Both the position numbers and the translations under genes were made by a program. A stretch of DNA of 64,000 nucleotides. Origin: an uncultured cyanobacterium. Lineage in GTDB: Bacteria; Cyanobacteriota; Cyanobacteriia; Cyanobacteriales; CAWCAG01. The notes beneath the pieces are model-generated. The model saw only the letters and a list, made by a program, of their open reading frames with translations. It did no database searches and was not told the DNA's origin. Shown piece by piece: positions 9,254-20,500 of this stretch. The stretch covers positions 928,001-992,000 of the forward strand of contig CAWDOD010000002.1 of NCBI GenBank assembly GCA_963803805.1, given 5' to 3'. Numbering within the stretch: the stretch's first letter is position 1; each line of letters opens with the position of its first letter.

Positions 9254-9915
9254 TTGGGTAAGATTATGAAAACTATTGATAAGCGTCTGATTCCTATATT
9301 TACTGGTATTATTCTCGGTTTGGGTGGCTTAGGTTTATTCTTAGATTTGAACCATCGTAGTTCTTCTATTTCCACAGCCCCCAATAGCAATGATAATTCT
9401 TCTACCACCTCTGAGGTGACGAACTCCACCAGAAAGCCAGCCTTCTCACTTTTGAGATTTCCCCTTCTCCAGTTCGTCGAAAAAGTTTCTCCTCCCCCTT
9501 CCTCACCTCTCAGTGCCTAGTCAATCTCTAGATGGGGCGAATAAAGCCAAGGAGCGATAATAATTCTCCTCTGACTATTTACGTTGCAGACAATCAATGT
9601 AATAGTTTAGTAGCTCAAGAAGTCTCTTTTCGAGGAGATGATAGTCCTGTTGAAACAGCAGTAGGTCAAGTGATTGAGCAGATGACTAGTAGTGATTTTG
9701 CGGTGGCTGGTTATCGGGTAAATATAGACCCTCAAACTCAGGTTGCCACAATAGATTTGCGTCGTTCTCCTGATAGCCAAAGACCTTTTGCTGCTTTATC
9801 TAGTTGTGAAAAGTTTGCTCTCTTCGGTAGCCTGGAAAAAACCCTTGTGAATAATCCTCAATGGAATGTTCAAAAGGTGGTTTTTACAGAACAGGGAGAG
9901 GAAATAGTTCTTTAG
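9254..9915 (+). CDS. Membrane-anchored GerMN/sporulation-germination-like protein, split by indel(s) at about 9430-9530
   Basis: ORF 9254-9520 supplies a TM anchor and Ser/Pro linker. ORF 9532-9915 supplies the YVADNQC...GYRV...ATIDLR...LSSCE...FTEQGEEI domain. Confidence 0.6.
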
Positions 9916-10087
9916 TAAGCTGCCAGAAATGAATTTATCAACTTTTCAGAACTAGGGGTGTTCAGAAACAGGTGAGATAGGTCATAAATAAGATGAGCAG
10001 TAGTCCCTTTGCCAATTAACTGTTATAGGTTTGTTAGAGTTTTCAGTCTTAAGGTAGAGGTGACGGCTATTAATCTTATTTGAGGAA

Positions 10088-11263
10088 ATGCTTATGGCTT
10101 CTATCCCTGTAAAGATTCCTTTTGTCGATTTTGCGCCACAACATGAACCGATTCAAGCCCAATTAGAAGAAGCATTTCAAGCAGTTCTCCAACGAGGAGA
10201 TTTTGTTTTAGGGCAAGGAGTAGCTAACTTTGAAGAAGCCTTCAGCAAAGCTTCTGGGACTGAATATGGAGTAGGAGTAGCCTGCGGTACAGATGGAATC
10301 GCTTTAGGTTTAGAAGCTTGTGGTGTTGGAGCAGGGGATGAAGTTATTTTACCTGCCAATACTTTTGTCGCTACCTTAATCGGTATTATCCAAACAGGTG
10401 CTACCCCGGTAATGGTTGATTGCGATCGCGATACTGCTTTAATTGATTTGACTGCTGCCGGGAAAGCTGTTACCTCAAAAACAAAAGCGATTATCCCAGT
10501 GCATCTTTATGGGCAAATGGTTTCCCCTCAGCAATTATTGGACTTTGCCCAAACCCATAACCTGATTATTTTTGAAGATGCAGCCCAAGCCCATTTAGCC
10601 GAGAAAGAGGGCTACAAAGCTGGTTCTATTGGCAAAGGGGCGGCTTTTAGCTTTTACCCTAGCAAAAATCTAGGGGCTTTTGGGGATGCGGGAATGCTAC
10701 TAACTAGTGACTCAACAGTGGCGGCGAAAGCGAGGGCTTTAAGAAATTATGGGGCTTGTCGCAAATATTTCCATACTGAACCTGGTAGGAATAGTCGCTT
10801 AGATACTTTACAAGCTAACATTCTTAACCTCAAACTGCCCTACCTTCAACAATGGAATCAAGCCCGTAATAAAGCAGGGAAACTATACGATACCTATATC
10901 AAAGAATTACAACTTCCTGGCATGACCCCAATTCAGAACCAAAGCGATACCGGGCATATTTATCATCTTTATGTTGTTAAGGTTGAAGAATCTTGTCCCT
11001 TATCTCGACAGCAAATCCAGGAAGCCTTATCTAGCCAAGGTATACAAACAGGTATTCACTATCCAACTCCCTGTCATTTGCAACCAGCCTATGAATATTT
11101 GGGCTATAAAGAAGGGGACTTTCCTCATGCCGAGATTTTAGCAACAGAAATTCTTTCTTTACCCATGTATCCAGGTATTAAGGACATTCAAGTTCAAGAA
11201 GTAGTCGAAACTTTGCAAAGAGTTCTTGCCGGTAAACCAGGATTAGTAACTGGTGAACGATAA
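10088..11263 (+). CDS. DegT/DnrJ/EryC1/StrS family PLP-dependent aminotransferase
   Basis: EDAAQAH, FSFYPSKNLGAFGDAG and NSRLD motifs. Confidence 0.93.
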   Translation: MLMASIPVKIPFVDFAPQHEPIQAQLEEAFQAVLQRGDFVLGQGVANFEEAFSKASGTEYGVGVACGTDGIALGLEACGVGAGDEVILPANTFVATLIGIIQTGATPVMVDCDRDTALIDLTAAGKAVTSKTKAIIPVHLYGQMVSPQQLLDFAQTHNLIIFEDAAQAHLAEKEGYKAGSIGKGAAFSFYPSKNLGAFGDAGMLLTSDSTVAAKARALRNYGACRKYFHTEPGRNSRLDTLQANILNLKLPYLQQWNQARNKAGKLYDTYIKELQLPGMTPIQNQSDTGHIYHLYVVKVEESCPLSRQQIQEALSSQGIQTGIHYPTPCHLQPAYEYLGYKEGDFPHAEILATEILSLPMYPGIKDIQVQEVVETLQRVLAGKPGLVTGER

Positions 11264-11308
11264 CTTCGCGAATTCTAATAACTTACAAATCTCAACTGAA
11301 TTTTAAAT

Positions 11309-12217
11309 ATGCAACTTAAAAGTAAAACCTCTTTATTGCTGCAACCGCAATTTCTTTATTGGGCAATTTTTGCTCTTTTAACCATTCTCTACGGCCCCTT
11401 AATTATTCATTGGTGTAATGGCTGGCTATTCAAAAGTATTGGCATTGAACACGAATATTTTAGTCACGGCTTACTGGGCTTTCCCTTTGCTGCTTATATA
11501 GCTTGGTCACAAAGAGAAAAATGGGCAGAATTAAAAGATAAATCCCATCCTCTCGGTGGTATTTTGTTGGGTTTAGGAGCCGCTTTCTATTTAACAGGTG
11601 TTAGCGACTTTGTTAATCTGTCTTTCCCTATTGTTTTAGCTGGACTTTGTTTGTGGTTAAAAGGTATTCCTGGTTTTAAATTGCAAGGTTTTCCTCTCAT
11701 CTTAATTTTATTGGCAACTCCTAATTCAGTTCCCTATTTGATTACTCCTTACACCATGCCCTTGCAAAAGTTTATTGCGGGGACAGCAGGATTTTTTCTT
11801 ATTCAACTTGGACTTGATGTCACTGTTAAAGAAATTTATTTATTTTTAGGAGGACGTTTAGTCGAAGTAGCACCCTATTGTGCTGGTTTGAAAATGTTGT
11901 TCACCAGTTTATATGTATCACTAATGTTACTTTATTGGACTGGGGCAATTGAATCACGTAAAAAGACAATCTGGTTACTTTCTGGGGCAGTTATTATCAG
12001 CGTTGTTGCTAATATTGTACGTAATACTATCCTCAGTTTTCTGCACGGTACAGGTAATGAAGCAGGTTTTCATTTTGTCCATGAAAGTTGGGGTGGCGAT
12101 GTCTATTCTGCTGTTATGTTAGGTTTAATTGTCTTACTACTTCATTTAATAGAAAAATGGTTTCCTGATTATGGTTATGAAGAGGAAGAAGTTTACGAAA
12201 ATGCTGTTGAAGAGTAA
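11309..12217 (+). CDS. crtB: Cyanoexosortase B
   Basis: Multi-TM protein with EYFSHG, VAPYCAG (Cys), ANIVRN (Arg) and HES (His) exosortase triad, located in an EPS locus. The symbol refers to cyanoexosortase B, not phytoene synthase. Confidence 0.85.
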   Translation: MQLKSKTSLLLQPQFLYWAIFALLTILYGPLIIHWCNGWLFKSIGIEHEYFSHGLLGFPFAAYIAWSQREKWAELKDKSHPLGGILLGLGAAFYLTGVSDFVNLSFPIVLAGLCLWLKGIPGFKLQGFPLILILLATPNSVPYLITPYTMPLQKFIAGTAGFFLIQLGLDVTVKEIYLFLGGRLVEVAPYCAGLKMLFTSLYVSLMLLYWTGAIESRKKTIWLLSGAVIISVVANIVRNTILSFLHGTGNEAGFHFVHESWGGDVYSAVMLGLIVLLLHLIEKWFPDYGYEEEEVYENAVEE

Positions 12218-12253
12218 TTTAAGTATCAAAATATAATTTCTCATTTAATATTC

Positions 12254-13003
12254 ATGGCTGAAATTAAACCCTATCAAGATCCCTTAGCTGATTCAGTGGT
12301 TAAGAAAAAAAACTCTTCCCTCAAATCAGTTCTGAAATTTGCTCCAGTATTATTGTTACTAATTTTAGTGGCATTTAAAGCTCTTCCTGGCTATTTTTCT
12401 TGGCAATGGTCTTGGCAAGAACCTATCCAAGTAACTAATCTTAGTCAAATTAAAAGTGTCCGTGAACAGCCAATAGACATACCAGGGTGGCAAAATATTG
12501 AACAGGAAGAAGTGGAAATTGGTGGGAACAAATGGTCCGTTCAGGTAATCAAAAAAGACCAAGACAAACCAGTTAATCTACTACTGCGCCCTCTCAATGA
12601 TCATAAATCTAAACCAGAAGTTGACTGGGTAGATATTCGAGGTGTACAAATTTGGCAAACTGACTCCCACAAAAAAATCAAATTTAGTGTTGATGAAAAT
12701 GTTCAAGTTAAAGCCCTTTTCTTTCGGGCTTGGACAGAAACTCAAACTTGGGCAGTAGTGCAGTGGTACGCCTTTCCTCAAGGAGGTGATCCTTACCCAT
12801 CAAGCTGGTTTTGGGCTGATCAAATAGCTCAACTCAAAGGAGAAAGAATTCCTTGGATTGCAGTTTGTTTACAAATGCCGATGAAACCTCTTGGGGACTT
12901 AGAAGAAATTCAACCAGAAGCCCAATCTCTCGCTGAAGCTGTACAATCTACTTTACTCAAAGAGGCTTTTTCTCAGTCAAAAACTCAAAGAACTAAAAAA
13001 TGA
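12254..13003 (+). CDS. Cyanoexosortase B system-associated protein
   Basis: Directly downstream of the exosortase; N-terminal TM; PEVDWVDI and AVVQWYA motifs. Confidence 0.8.
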   Translation: MAEIKPYQDPLADSVVKKKNSSLKSVLKFAPVLLLLILVAFKALPGYFSWQWSWQEPIQVTNLSQIKSVREQPIDIPGWQNIEQEEVEIGGNKWSVQVIKKDQDKPVNLLLRPLNDHKSKPEVDWVDIRGVQIWQTDSHKKIKFSVDENVQVKALFFRAWTETQTWAVVQWYAFPQGGDPYPSSWFWADQIAQLKGERIPWIAVCLQMPMKPLGDLEEIQPEAQSLAEAVQSTLLKEAFSQSKTQRTKK

Positions 13004-14187
13004 TTCGTGATCAAAAAACTAGAATCTGCGCTCTTTTTGTCTCTAGTGCTATGGTAGTTACTTGGGCAGATTTAGCAATGGGACAAAGTATTCCTATTCT
13101 TCCGGGAGAAACTCCTTCAGAGCCAATAGACGAATTTATCCCGGCACAACCCCCCACAACCTTCGGTACAGAGGAAGAAGAACTTTTACCTCCTGGAGAC
13201 TATTCTCCTCGATCCTGCACTCAAGACCGCAGCATCAATATTTATCGTCTCGGTATTAGCGATGGTATTAACGTAACAGTTCCCTTTTTTCCTGAATTTA
13301 GTGGTGGGGGAAATTTAGATTTGGAGGGTAACATCCTCTTACCCATTATTGGCAAAGTTCCTCTGTTAGGTTTAACTTTAGATGAAGCCCAAAACAGAAT
13401 TGCAGCAGAACTAAGGCGCTTTTTAGTTAAAGAAACGGAAGTTATTGTTTCTTTAGCAGGGGTGCGTCCGGCAGAAATTACCGTGGGAGGAGAAATAGTT
13501 AGACCGGGTTATTATCCCCTTGGTACAGGTAGCCAACTAGCTACAGTTATAACTGCTGCTGGAGGCACTACAGGATTAGCAGATCTACGTTCTATTATTG
13601 TACGCCGTGTACTCCCCACAGATGGCTCAGTAATTGAATGTAAAGCAGATTTATTCACCCCTTTGCAAAATGGAATGCCTTTACCAAATGTACGCTTACA
13701 AGATGGGGATGCGGTAATTGTTTCTAGAATAGAATTAGGTCAAGACCAAAGCTACGATAATGTCTTGGTTTCTCTTTCTAATTTGGCTCAACCTCAAATC
13801 ACCGTTAGAGTTCTGAGCTATCCTAATAATGGTATTGGTACTATATCCTTAGCAAATGGTAGTACTTTTCTTGATGCTTTAAGTTCGGTAGCTAGTAATA
13901 TTACCCAAGCAAATGTTAACGAAATTGCCTTAATTAGATTTGATCAAGAACAAGGTAAAGCCGTTACTCAAGTTCTCAACGGTAGAGCGGCTCTTTTTGG
14001 AGATATTTCTCAAGATATTCCTTTGCAAGATAATGATGTTATTGTAGTTGGTCGCACTTTAGTTGCTAAAATCACTAACGCTCTCAATGTCTTCACTCAA
14101 CCATTCCGAGATATCCTTGGCTTCTTGCTTTTCTTTGACTCTTTAGCAGAAAGTGCAGATAATTTGTTTGTTCCTAACCAAAGATAA
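13000..14187 (+). CDS. Polysaccharide export protein (Wza-like, SLBB domains)
   Basis: YRLGISDGI..V, G.I.LP.IG and GEIVRPGYY motifs, with repeated LQDGD/LQDND. Confidence 0.88.
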   Translation: MIRDQKTRICALFVSSAMVVTWADLAMGQSIPILPGETPSEPIDEFIPAQPPTTFGTEEEELLPPGDYSPRSCTQDRSINIYRLGISDGINVTVPFFPEFSGGGNLDLEGNILLPIIGKVPLLGLTLDEAQNRIAAELRRFLVKETEVIVSLAGVRPAEITVGGEIVRPGYYPLGTGSQLATVITAAGGTTGLADLRSIIVRRVLPTDGSVIECKADLFTPLQNGMPLPNVRLQDGDAVIVSRIELGQDQSYDNVLVSLSNLAQPQITVRVLSYPNNGIGTISLANGSTFLDALSSVASNITQANVNEIALIRFDQEQGKAVTQVLNGRAALFGDISQDIPLQDNDVIVVGRTLVAKITNALNVFTQPFRDILGFLLFFDSLAESADNLFVPNQR

Positions 14188-14266
14188 ATTGACCTAAGAT
14201 AGAACAAAAGTCTAACCTTACTACTATCTCTAAGTAGAAAGCATCGCCAAATCCTTTCTCATAGCT

Positions 14267-16480
14267 ATGACCTCCCCTATTGTCAAACGTTTTTTAATCT
14301 CTCTAAACCAAAATAAGTTTGTTGGTTTATTTGTTTTCTTATTAATTCTTGGTGGTTCAGGAGTCTTTGCTATGATCCAAAAACCTCCTGCCAATAGTTT
14401 TATTTCTGTAGGGAGCCTAGCTTTTGAAACTCCTCCTCCTCTGTTTACGCAAACTGGACAGCAGATTCAAGAACAAGGACGCATAGTTAACGAAAAAATC
14501 TTGCTGTCCCCAGGAGTACTGGAAAAAGTTCTTACCAAGCTGAATATTAACCCTGACGATAAAGAAGCTCAAAAGTTAGTTCAGGATATAGTTGATAACA
14601 CTAAGATTGCTTTACCTGATGAGAAAGAAGGTCAGCCTTTAATAGTTGTGGGCTATACCAGCCCAGATAAAGAGAAGTCCCAAACCATCCTTACCGTCTT
14701 ATTAGATTCGATGGTTGAGCATAGTGAAAACCTCAACAAAGCTCAACTAACAGCCAAGATTGAAGCTATCAGGGAGCGCTTGCCAGAAGCAGAAAGGGAA
14801 TTAGATCAAGCGGAAGACAATCTTGATAGTTATGTTCGTAAAGAAGGTTCCCAAATCTTGGCAGCTTTAGATGGTTCTTTGGTCGGGAGAATTACTGGTT
14901 CTCAAAAACAGCAAGAGGATAAAGAATTAGCTTTAGAAGCTGTTAAGGCTCAAATGAGCAGTATTGAGGGCAAGTTAGAGATGAGCGCTGCTGAAGCGAA
15001 AGATAATGCAGCATTAAGTGCTGATCCCATTGTCGCCAACGCTCAAGCAACTATATTAGATTTAGAGCGACAAATCCAAGTTTTGGAAGAAAACTATCTT
15101 TCTAGCTATCCTCCTCTGGTTCAGTTGCGCGAACAACTTGCCATTAGTGAGAAGTTTTTACGGCAACGAGCTAGGGATGTGGTAGGTAATGACCGAGTTT
15201 TCACCTTACCTTTAGAGGCACTAAGAGTTAAAAGTAGCTTAGATCCCGCCAGACAGCAGCTAGCGAATCAACTAGTTGCCTTGGATACCCAAAGGGAAAC
15301 CTTAGAAAAAGAAATTGAAACCCTAATAAGAATTAGAAAGGAACTTCGCCAAGAATACGAGCAGTTTCCTAACAAACAAATGCAGCAACAACGCTTGCAA
15401 CAGGAAGTAGCTCTTAAACAAACTTTTTATTCCCAAATTAAAACAGCTTTAGTAGATGCTCAAGCGGCTGAAGTGGAAACTACAGGTAGCTTAACCATTG
15501 CTGAACTTCCAGCTACTAAATCAGGAGAGGTAAAAGAACCCCTTAGCCCACCTCTGGTTATAGCGGCTGGTGGTGTAATTGGTATCTTAGCTGGGGCTGG
15601 AGTCATCTTTTTATTAGCCACCTTAGATCCTCGGTTACATACCCCAGAAGAAATTCGCGAGAAACTTATAGAACAAGATGTTCCTCTTTTAGGAGAAATT
15701 CCTTATATTTATAGTTTTGCTCCCGGACAAGAAGAAACAGCTATTTTACAAGAACTTGACTCTCCCTATCTCTCTTTCTACGAAAGGTTACGTAGCAAAC
15801 TTCGCCGTCTTTCTACTCCTTCCCCTAAGATGGTACTAGTTACTAGTACTTTAGGACATGAAGGTAAAACTACTACAGCTTATAATTTGGCCATTGCTTC
15901 AGCTTGTGCTGGGCAGCGTACCCTGTTAATAGAGGCTGATTTACGCTCAAATTCAGCAGCTAAAGACCTTAAGATTAGCCCCGATCCAGAAGCTCGTTTA
16001 GAACCTTTGAGTTATTATAATTCCCGAAGTGATTGTATCCGTTTGGTTCCAGAGGTTGAAAATTTATATATTGTTCCTAGTCCCGGTAAGCAAAAACGGG
16101 CCGCTGCAATTATTGAGTCTAGTGAATTAGAGCAACTTTTAAAAGAAGTAAAAGGGCGCTTTGATTTTATTGTTGTAGATACTCCTTCTCTGGCTAGTTG
16201 CAATGATGCTTTGCTTATACAACCATTAACCGATGGTATGATAATAACTACCCGTCCAGGAGAAACTAAAGGAAGTATGCTGAGTGAAGCTCTCGATCAG
16301 CTTACTGAGGCAGAGTTACCTCTTTTAGGGGTAGTGATTAATGACATTGAGCTAGATGTTCCTCTAACTGAAACTCCTTCTAAAGCTAAACAAAGGAAAG
16401 AGTTAGAAGAAGTAGATGTTGATTATGAAACTTCTGAGGAGTTAGAAGAAGAGGTTGCCGCAGAAACAATTTATCGTTGA
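14267..16480 (+). CDS. Wzc/GumC-like polysaccharide co-polymerase with BY-kinase domain
   Basis: Two TMs flanking a coiled coil; Walker A GHEGKTT, LLIEADLR and VVDTP motifs. Confidence 0.85.
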   Translation: MTSPIVKRFLISLNQNKFVGLFVFLLILGGSGVFAMIQKPPANSFISVGSLAFETPPPLFTQTGQQIQEQGRIVNEKILLSPGVLEKVLTKLNINPDDKEAQKLVQDIVDNTKIALPDEKEGQPLIVVGYTSPDKEKSQTILTVLLDSMVEHSENLNKAQLTAKIEAIRERLPEAERELDQAEDNLDSYVRKEGSQILAALDGSLVGRITGSQKQQEDKELALEAVKAQMSSIEGKLEMSAAEAKDNAALSADPIVANAQATILDLERQIQVLEENYLSSYPPLVQLREQLAISEKFLRQRARDVVGNDRVFTLPLEALRVKSSLDPARQQLANQLVALDTQRETLEKEIETLIRIRKELRQEYEQFPNKQMQQQRLQQEVALKQTFYSQIKTALVDAQAAEVETTGSLTIAELPATKSGEVKEPLSPPLVIAAGGVIGILAGAGVIFLLATLDPRLHTPEEIREKLIEQDVPLLGEIPYIYSFAPGQEETAILQELDSPYLSFYERLRSKLRRLSTPSPKMVLVTSTLGHEGKTTTAYNLAIASACAGQRTLLIEADLRSNSAAKDLKISPDPEARLEPLSYYNSRSDCIRLVPEVENLYIVPSPGKQKRAAAIIESSELEQLLKEVKGRFDFIVVDTPSLASCNDALLIQPLTDGMIITTRPGETKGSMLSEALDQLTEAELPLLGVVINDIELDVPLTETPSKAKQRKELEEVDVDYETSEELEEEVAAETIYR

Positions 16481-16519
16481 TAAACAAGCAGGAAGCAGAA
16501 AAGAGTTACAGCCTCTTCA

Positions 16520-16737
16520 GTGCGATAAGCTTCTGGCATAGCTTCCCTTATGTTTCTCTGTTGTAGGGTGCGTTCCTTAAGAAAATTCTTCCTTTCAAGC
16601 CAAATATTTTGATAGGAACGCACCATCCCCGTTGCTAATATTCAGAAAGTAATTTTGTGAGTAATGATGCGTTAAGTGCTGATTCATAAATTTATCTGGC
16701 TCATTTATAGTTTTTTGGCAGCACCAACATACCCTGC
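16520..16737. repeat. Dispersed composite REP-like repeat, copy 1 (related to 56079-56272)
   Basis: GTGCGATAA..ATAGCTTCCCTTA..GTAGGGTGCGTTCCT..AGGAACGCACCA..TAATGATGCGTTAAGTGCTGA occur in the same order at 56 kb. Confidence 0.7.
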
Positions 16738-16795
16738 AAAATTAGCGACACTAAATAAACAATATTTTAATGCTTTCTTTTGACGGTGTATCAGC

Positions 16796-17455
16796 TTAAT
16801 TTTTTTCTTGCCAAGTATAAATAAAAGGCTTATCTTCAGCCCCCCAAACTCTCTGCCCTTCATCATTTAAGCCTTTGTCCCAAGTTTCCATTCCTTGAGC
16901 ATTAAGAATAACTAAATTAGTAATTTTAGTTGCTCCCCGAAAGTTGGTAGGACAGCCTTCCGGGGGAGTTTTGCCTAGATAAATAGTTGCTATAGGAACC
17001 AGGAAAACACTACAATTAACATCCGTTAATCCCTGGCTTGAAACAACTCTATTTACTTCTGGTTGAAGGCACAAATCCACTAAAGTTTCAGGTTCAAAGT
17101 ATTGAAAAGATTTAGATTCTACTCCTTCTCCATAAGGATTGGCAGCAAGGCGTAAAATCCTTTGCCGATAGGGCTGATCAAGCTTTTCTGCTAAAGCTTG
17201 TTCCTGATAAAGGAAGATAGAATTAGGAATATTAAAACTAGAATTTGCTTCATCTAAGCGAACCTGACAAGTAGTCATGCGAACATTAACCCGATTAGGA
17301 TCAACAGTAACTTGTTGAGAAGTATCCATAACTCCTATTAGATGAGAAGCAACATCCTCTACTTGAGCTAATTTTGGTGAAGCAATGGCTTGAGAGCTAA
17401 GGGTTAACAAACTGGTAATTGCCAACTCCAATACTGAGTCAATCTTTGTGGTCAT
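16796..17455 (-). CDS. CpcT/CpeT-family chromophore lyase-like protein
   Basis: VRMTTC..LYQEQAL...PYRQR..C..G.T...C...TWDKG...RVWGA pattern. Start is probably 17455, because the longer 5' extension runs into a REP palindrome. Confidence 0.75.
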   Translation of the reverse strand: MTTKIDSVLELAITSLLTLSSQAIASPKLAQVEDVASHLIGVMDTSQQVTVDPNRVNVRMTTCQVRLDEANSSFNIPNSIFLYQEQALAEKLDQPYRQRILRLAANPYGEGVESKSFQYFEPETLVDLCLQPEVNRVVSSQGLTDVNCSVFLVPIATIYLGKTPPEGCPTNFRGATKITNLVILNAQGMETWDKGLNDEGQRVWGAEDKPFIYTWQEKN

Positions 17456-17484
17456 AATGTATATGTTTCTCCCCCTGTTCTGCG

Positions 17485-17513
17485 GTAGAGACATTCTGGC
17501 CGAACGTCTCTAC
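17485..17513. repeat. GTAG-type REP-like palindrome
   Basis: GTAGAGACATTC-TGGCC-GAACGTCTCTAC just after the rpoC2 stop. Confidence 0.65.
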
Positions 17514-17520
17514 AATCTGA

Positions 17521-20500
17521 TTATTCTGACTGAGTACCCCAACCAGAATTACCAATACTCTCATCATCAATTACAGCATTGAACCCTTCTTTAGAAAAAG
17601 GACGTTCAGAACGAGTATAGGCGCGGGCGGTACGGTCATCAAGAACAACATCCATGGGATCTTGATTGCCAATATTAGCCCCCCCATCTCCTACGCTACC
17701 ATAGGGATAAACTGCTGCACTAGCAATACTTTGGTCTGTTTCCATCGGTGGGTTAAGAGACTCATCACTATGTTGATTGAAACCAGTACCGGCGGGAATT
17801 AAGCGCCCGATAATCACATTTTCTTTCAAACCCCTCAACCAATCAGATTTGCCTTCAATAGCAGCTTCGGTTAGAACCCTGGTGGTTTCCTGGAAAGAAG
17901 CTGCGGAGATGAAGCTATCTGTATTTAGAGAAGCTTTGGTAATCCCCAACAATACGGGAGTATATCGCGCAGGTGCGCTACCGGTGATGGACATGGCTTC
18001 GTTAACTTGTTCAATTTGGCGCAGTTCCACAAGTTCCCCTGGTAGGGTGGTAGTATCACCTCCATCATCTACTCGTACTTTAGAAGTCATCTGACGAACA
18101 ATAACTTCAATGTGCTTATCAGAAATGTCAATGCCTTGGGATTGATATACTGACTGAACTTCATTCACTAAGAAAGCTTGAGCCTGTTGTAAACCCAATA
18201 AAGCCGCTTCATAAACCCCATGTTCTTCGAGATGATAGTTAAAGAAAATCTCTAAAATTTCATGGGGATTAGCTGGCCCGTCGGTTAAAGGAGTACCGGT
18301 TTGTACTTGCTGTCCATCACTGACGAGGGCATTTTGACCAGGGCGTAGGGGATAGTCAGCAATAGTACCATCTTCTTCAATTACTTTCACATCTACCACA
18401 TCGTCTTCATCGTAAACTACTTGAGCTACACCAGGAAGGCGAGCTAGGATACAAGCTTCTTTCGGTTTGCGTCCTTCAAGTAATTCTTCAATACGAGGTA
18501 AACCTTGAATAATATCTCCAGTTTTTGCTCTTTCAAAAACTAACAGAACCAAGTGATCACCACGCTGTACCAAGTCGCCATCATCAATATGCAGTACTGC
18601 ACCAGGGGAAACACGATAAGGGCGGGCAAGGCGAAGAGTAACTTGGGAGGGTTCAACTTTTACCACTTGCCCAGATTCTTCAGTGAAAATTCCCGAAGCC
18701 AGTTCACTACCTGCTACTAGGAGGTCGCCTTTTTTAACTTTCGTTTCCCCTTCTATGGGGATAGTTAGGCGATCGCCTTCTCGAACTACTAGAACCCGGC
18801 GAATTGCTTCTACCCCTTCCCTAATACCTCGTACTTCTCCAGATTCTTTACATTGAATTTCTGTACGAGCAACTACAGCACCGGGAGCTATTTCATCCCC
18901 ATCTTTAACTAAGACACGGTTTTTTGTGCCGCCACTATGGGGTTCATTAGAGCGATCACGCCTCAAAACTAAGGTTTCTGTACAAACTAGCTGTAGGCTA
19001 TATTTGTCTGCATCTTCTTCGTTTTCACTAAGAGGAACCAATTCTAAGTCCGCAGCAAGGTTCGCGCGATCGCTTTTTTCTTCGTTTTCTTGGTGGCCAA
19101 TTTCCAAGGTTAGTTGAGTCCGCATCAGCTCTAAACCTTCTACAGACTTAACCCGCTCTCCATCTTTATAGAATAATCGCTGTACCGCTGCTAGTTTAAT
19201 TTCTCGATTAACTTTTTGATTAAGGGAACTAGTTTGAGGAGTTTCCGGTTCATTGGTAATGTTGTATTCTACCACCGGACGTAAGAGCAAAGCTGCTCCT
19301 GATGGGGTTTCCAAGTAGTCTGCATAACATAGTTCAGGGGGAACAACTCCAGGAATCACTTCTTCTCCAGCTTGAACCAATCTAGGTTCAGCATCTTTAG
19401 GTATACCTCCTTCCAACAGATGAAGATCCCCTGGTTTGATCACAATTTCCCGAAGAATATCATTTTTCTGAACTACTTCAACAACTCCAGAGGTTTGACA
19501 AAAGACATCTTTAACTACTTCTGTTCCTCCTTCTACATATTGACCATCTTCAACATTTAATAGAGAAAGATCCTTATTAACTTCGTGACACTCTTCCGGT
19601 ATCCAAACTAAGGTTCCTCCTTGAATAACTTCGTAACCTTGCTTACCTTTACTTTTTTTACCTACCTCTATTCCTGCATATTTGACCATACCTCCAGTAT
19701 TGGTATGGTAGCGTTCATCAATGAGTTCACCAATAATTTGCTGGTCAATGACTTTTGCTCCAGGAGCAACTTTCAACAGGTAGCGCTGCCCCTCTTCTGT
19801 TTCAATAACATATTGCTCTCTACCACCATTACTTTCCCTTCGGACTAGTGCTTGGTCAAGTTGGACTGAGGAGTTGACAATATCAATATTGCGGTTATCT
19901 TCTTCAGCAGAGAGGCGTACTATGCCCCCAGCTACACTAGAGAGTTTTGTTTCGGCAATAACAGTTTCTGGGGTGATTTCATCACCGTTTTTAACTACTG
20001 GTTCTGCTCCAGTGGGTAAGTTATAAACATCCCCTGACAATACCCAAAGCAAGCCCCCTCGAACCACATTACGGGTCGTATTGCCTTGGCGGTCAGTTTT
20101 TTCTTCCACAGCGAGTTTATCAAAGAGAACCTCTCCTGTGATGTCAGAAGCTACATCCTTAGCAGCTCTCTCCGTAGAACGAGCTTTTTTTCCTGCTGCT
20201 AGTTCTACTAACATCTCCCCTTCGGTTACGGTATCTCCATGTTTGACCCAAATCCTGGAGCCAGGGGTTAAATTATAGGTTTTTGAAACAGATTTACCAC
20301 CAGAGTTAGGTTTAATCGTTAAATCTCCTGCGACTTCTACTTGCTCTCGCTCATCCCCATGGCTAGTACGGACTACCCTGGTACGTAGTTTTTTGCCAAT
20401 TTCTACTTTTCCAGAGAAAGGAGCGCGAATTTGTTGAGCAACTTCTCCTGTAAATACCCCTCCTGTATGGAAGGTACGCATAGTTAGCTGAGTACCTGGT

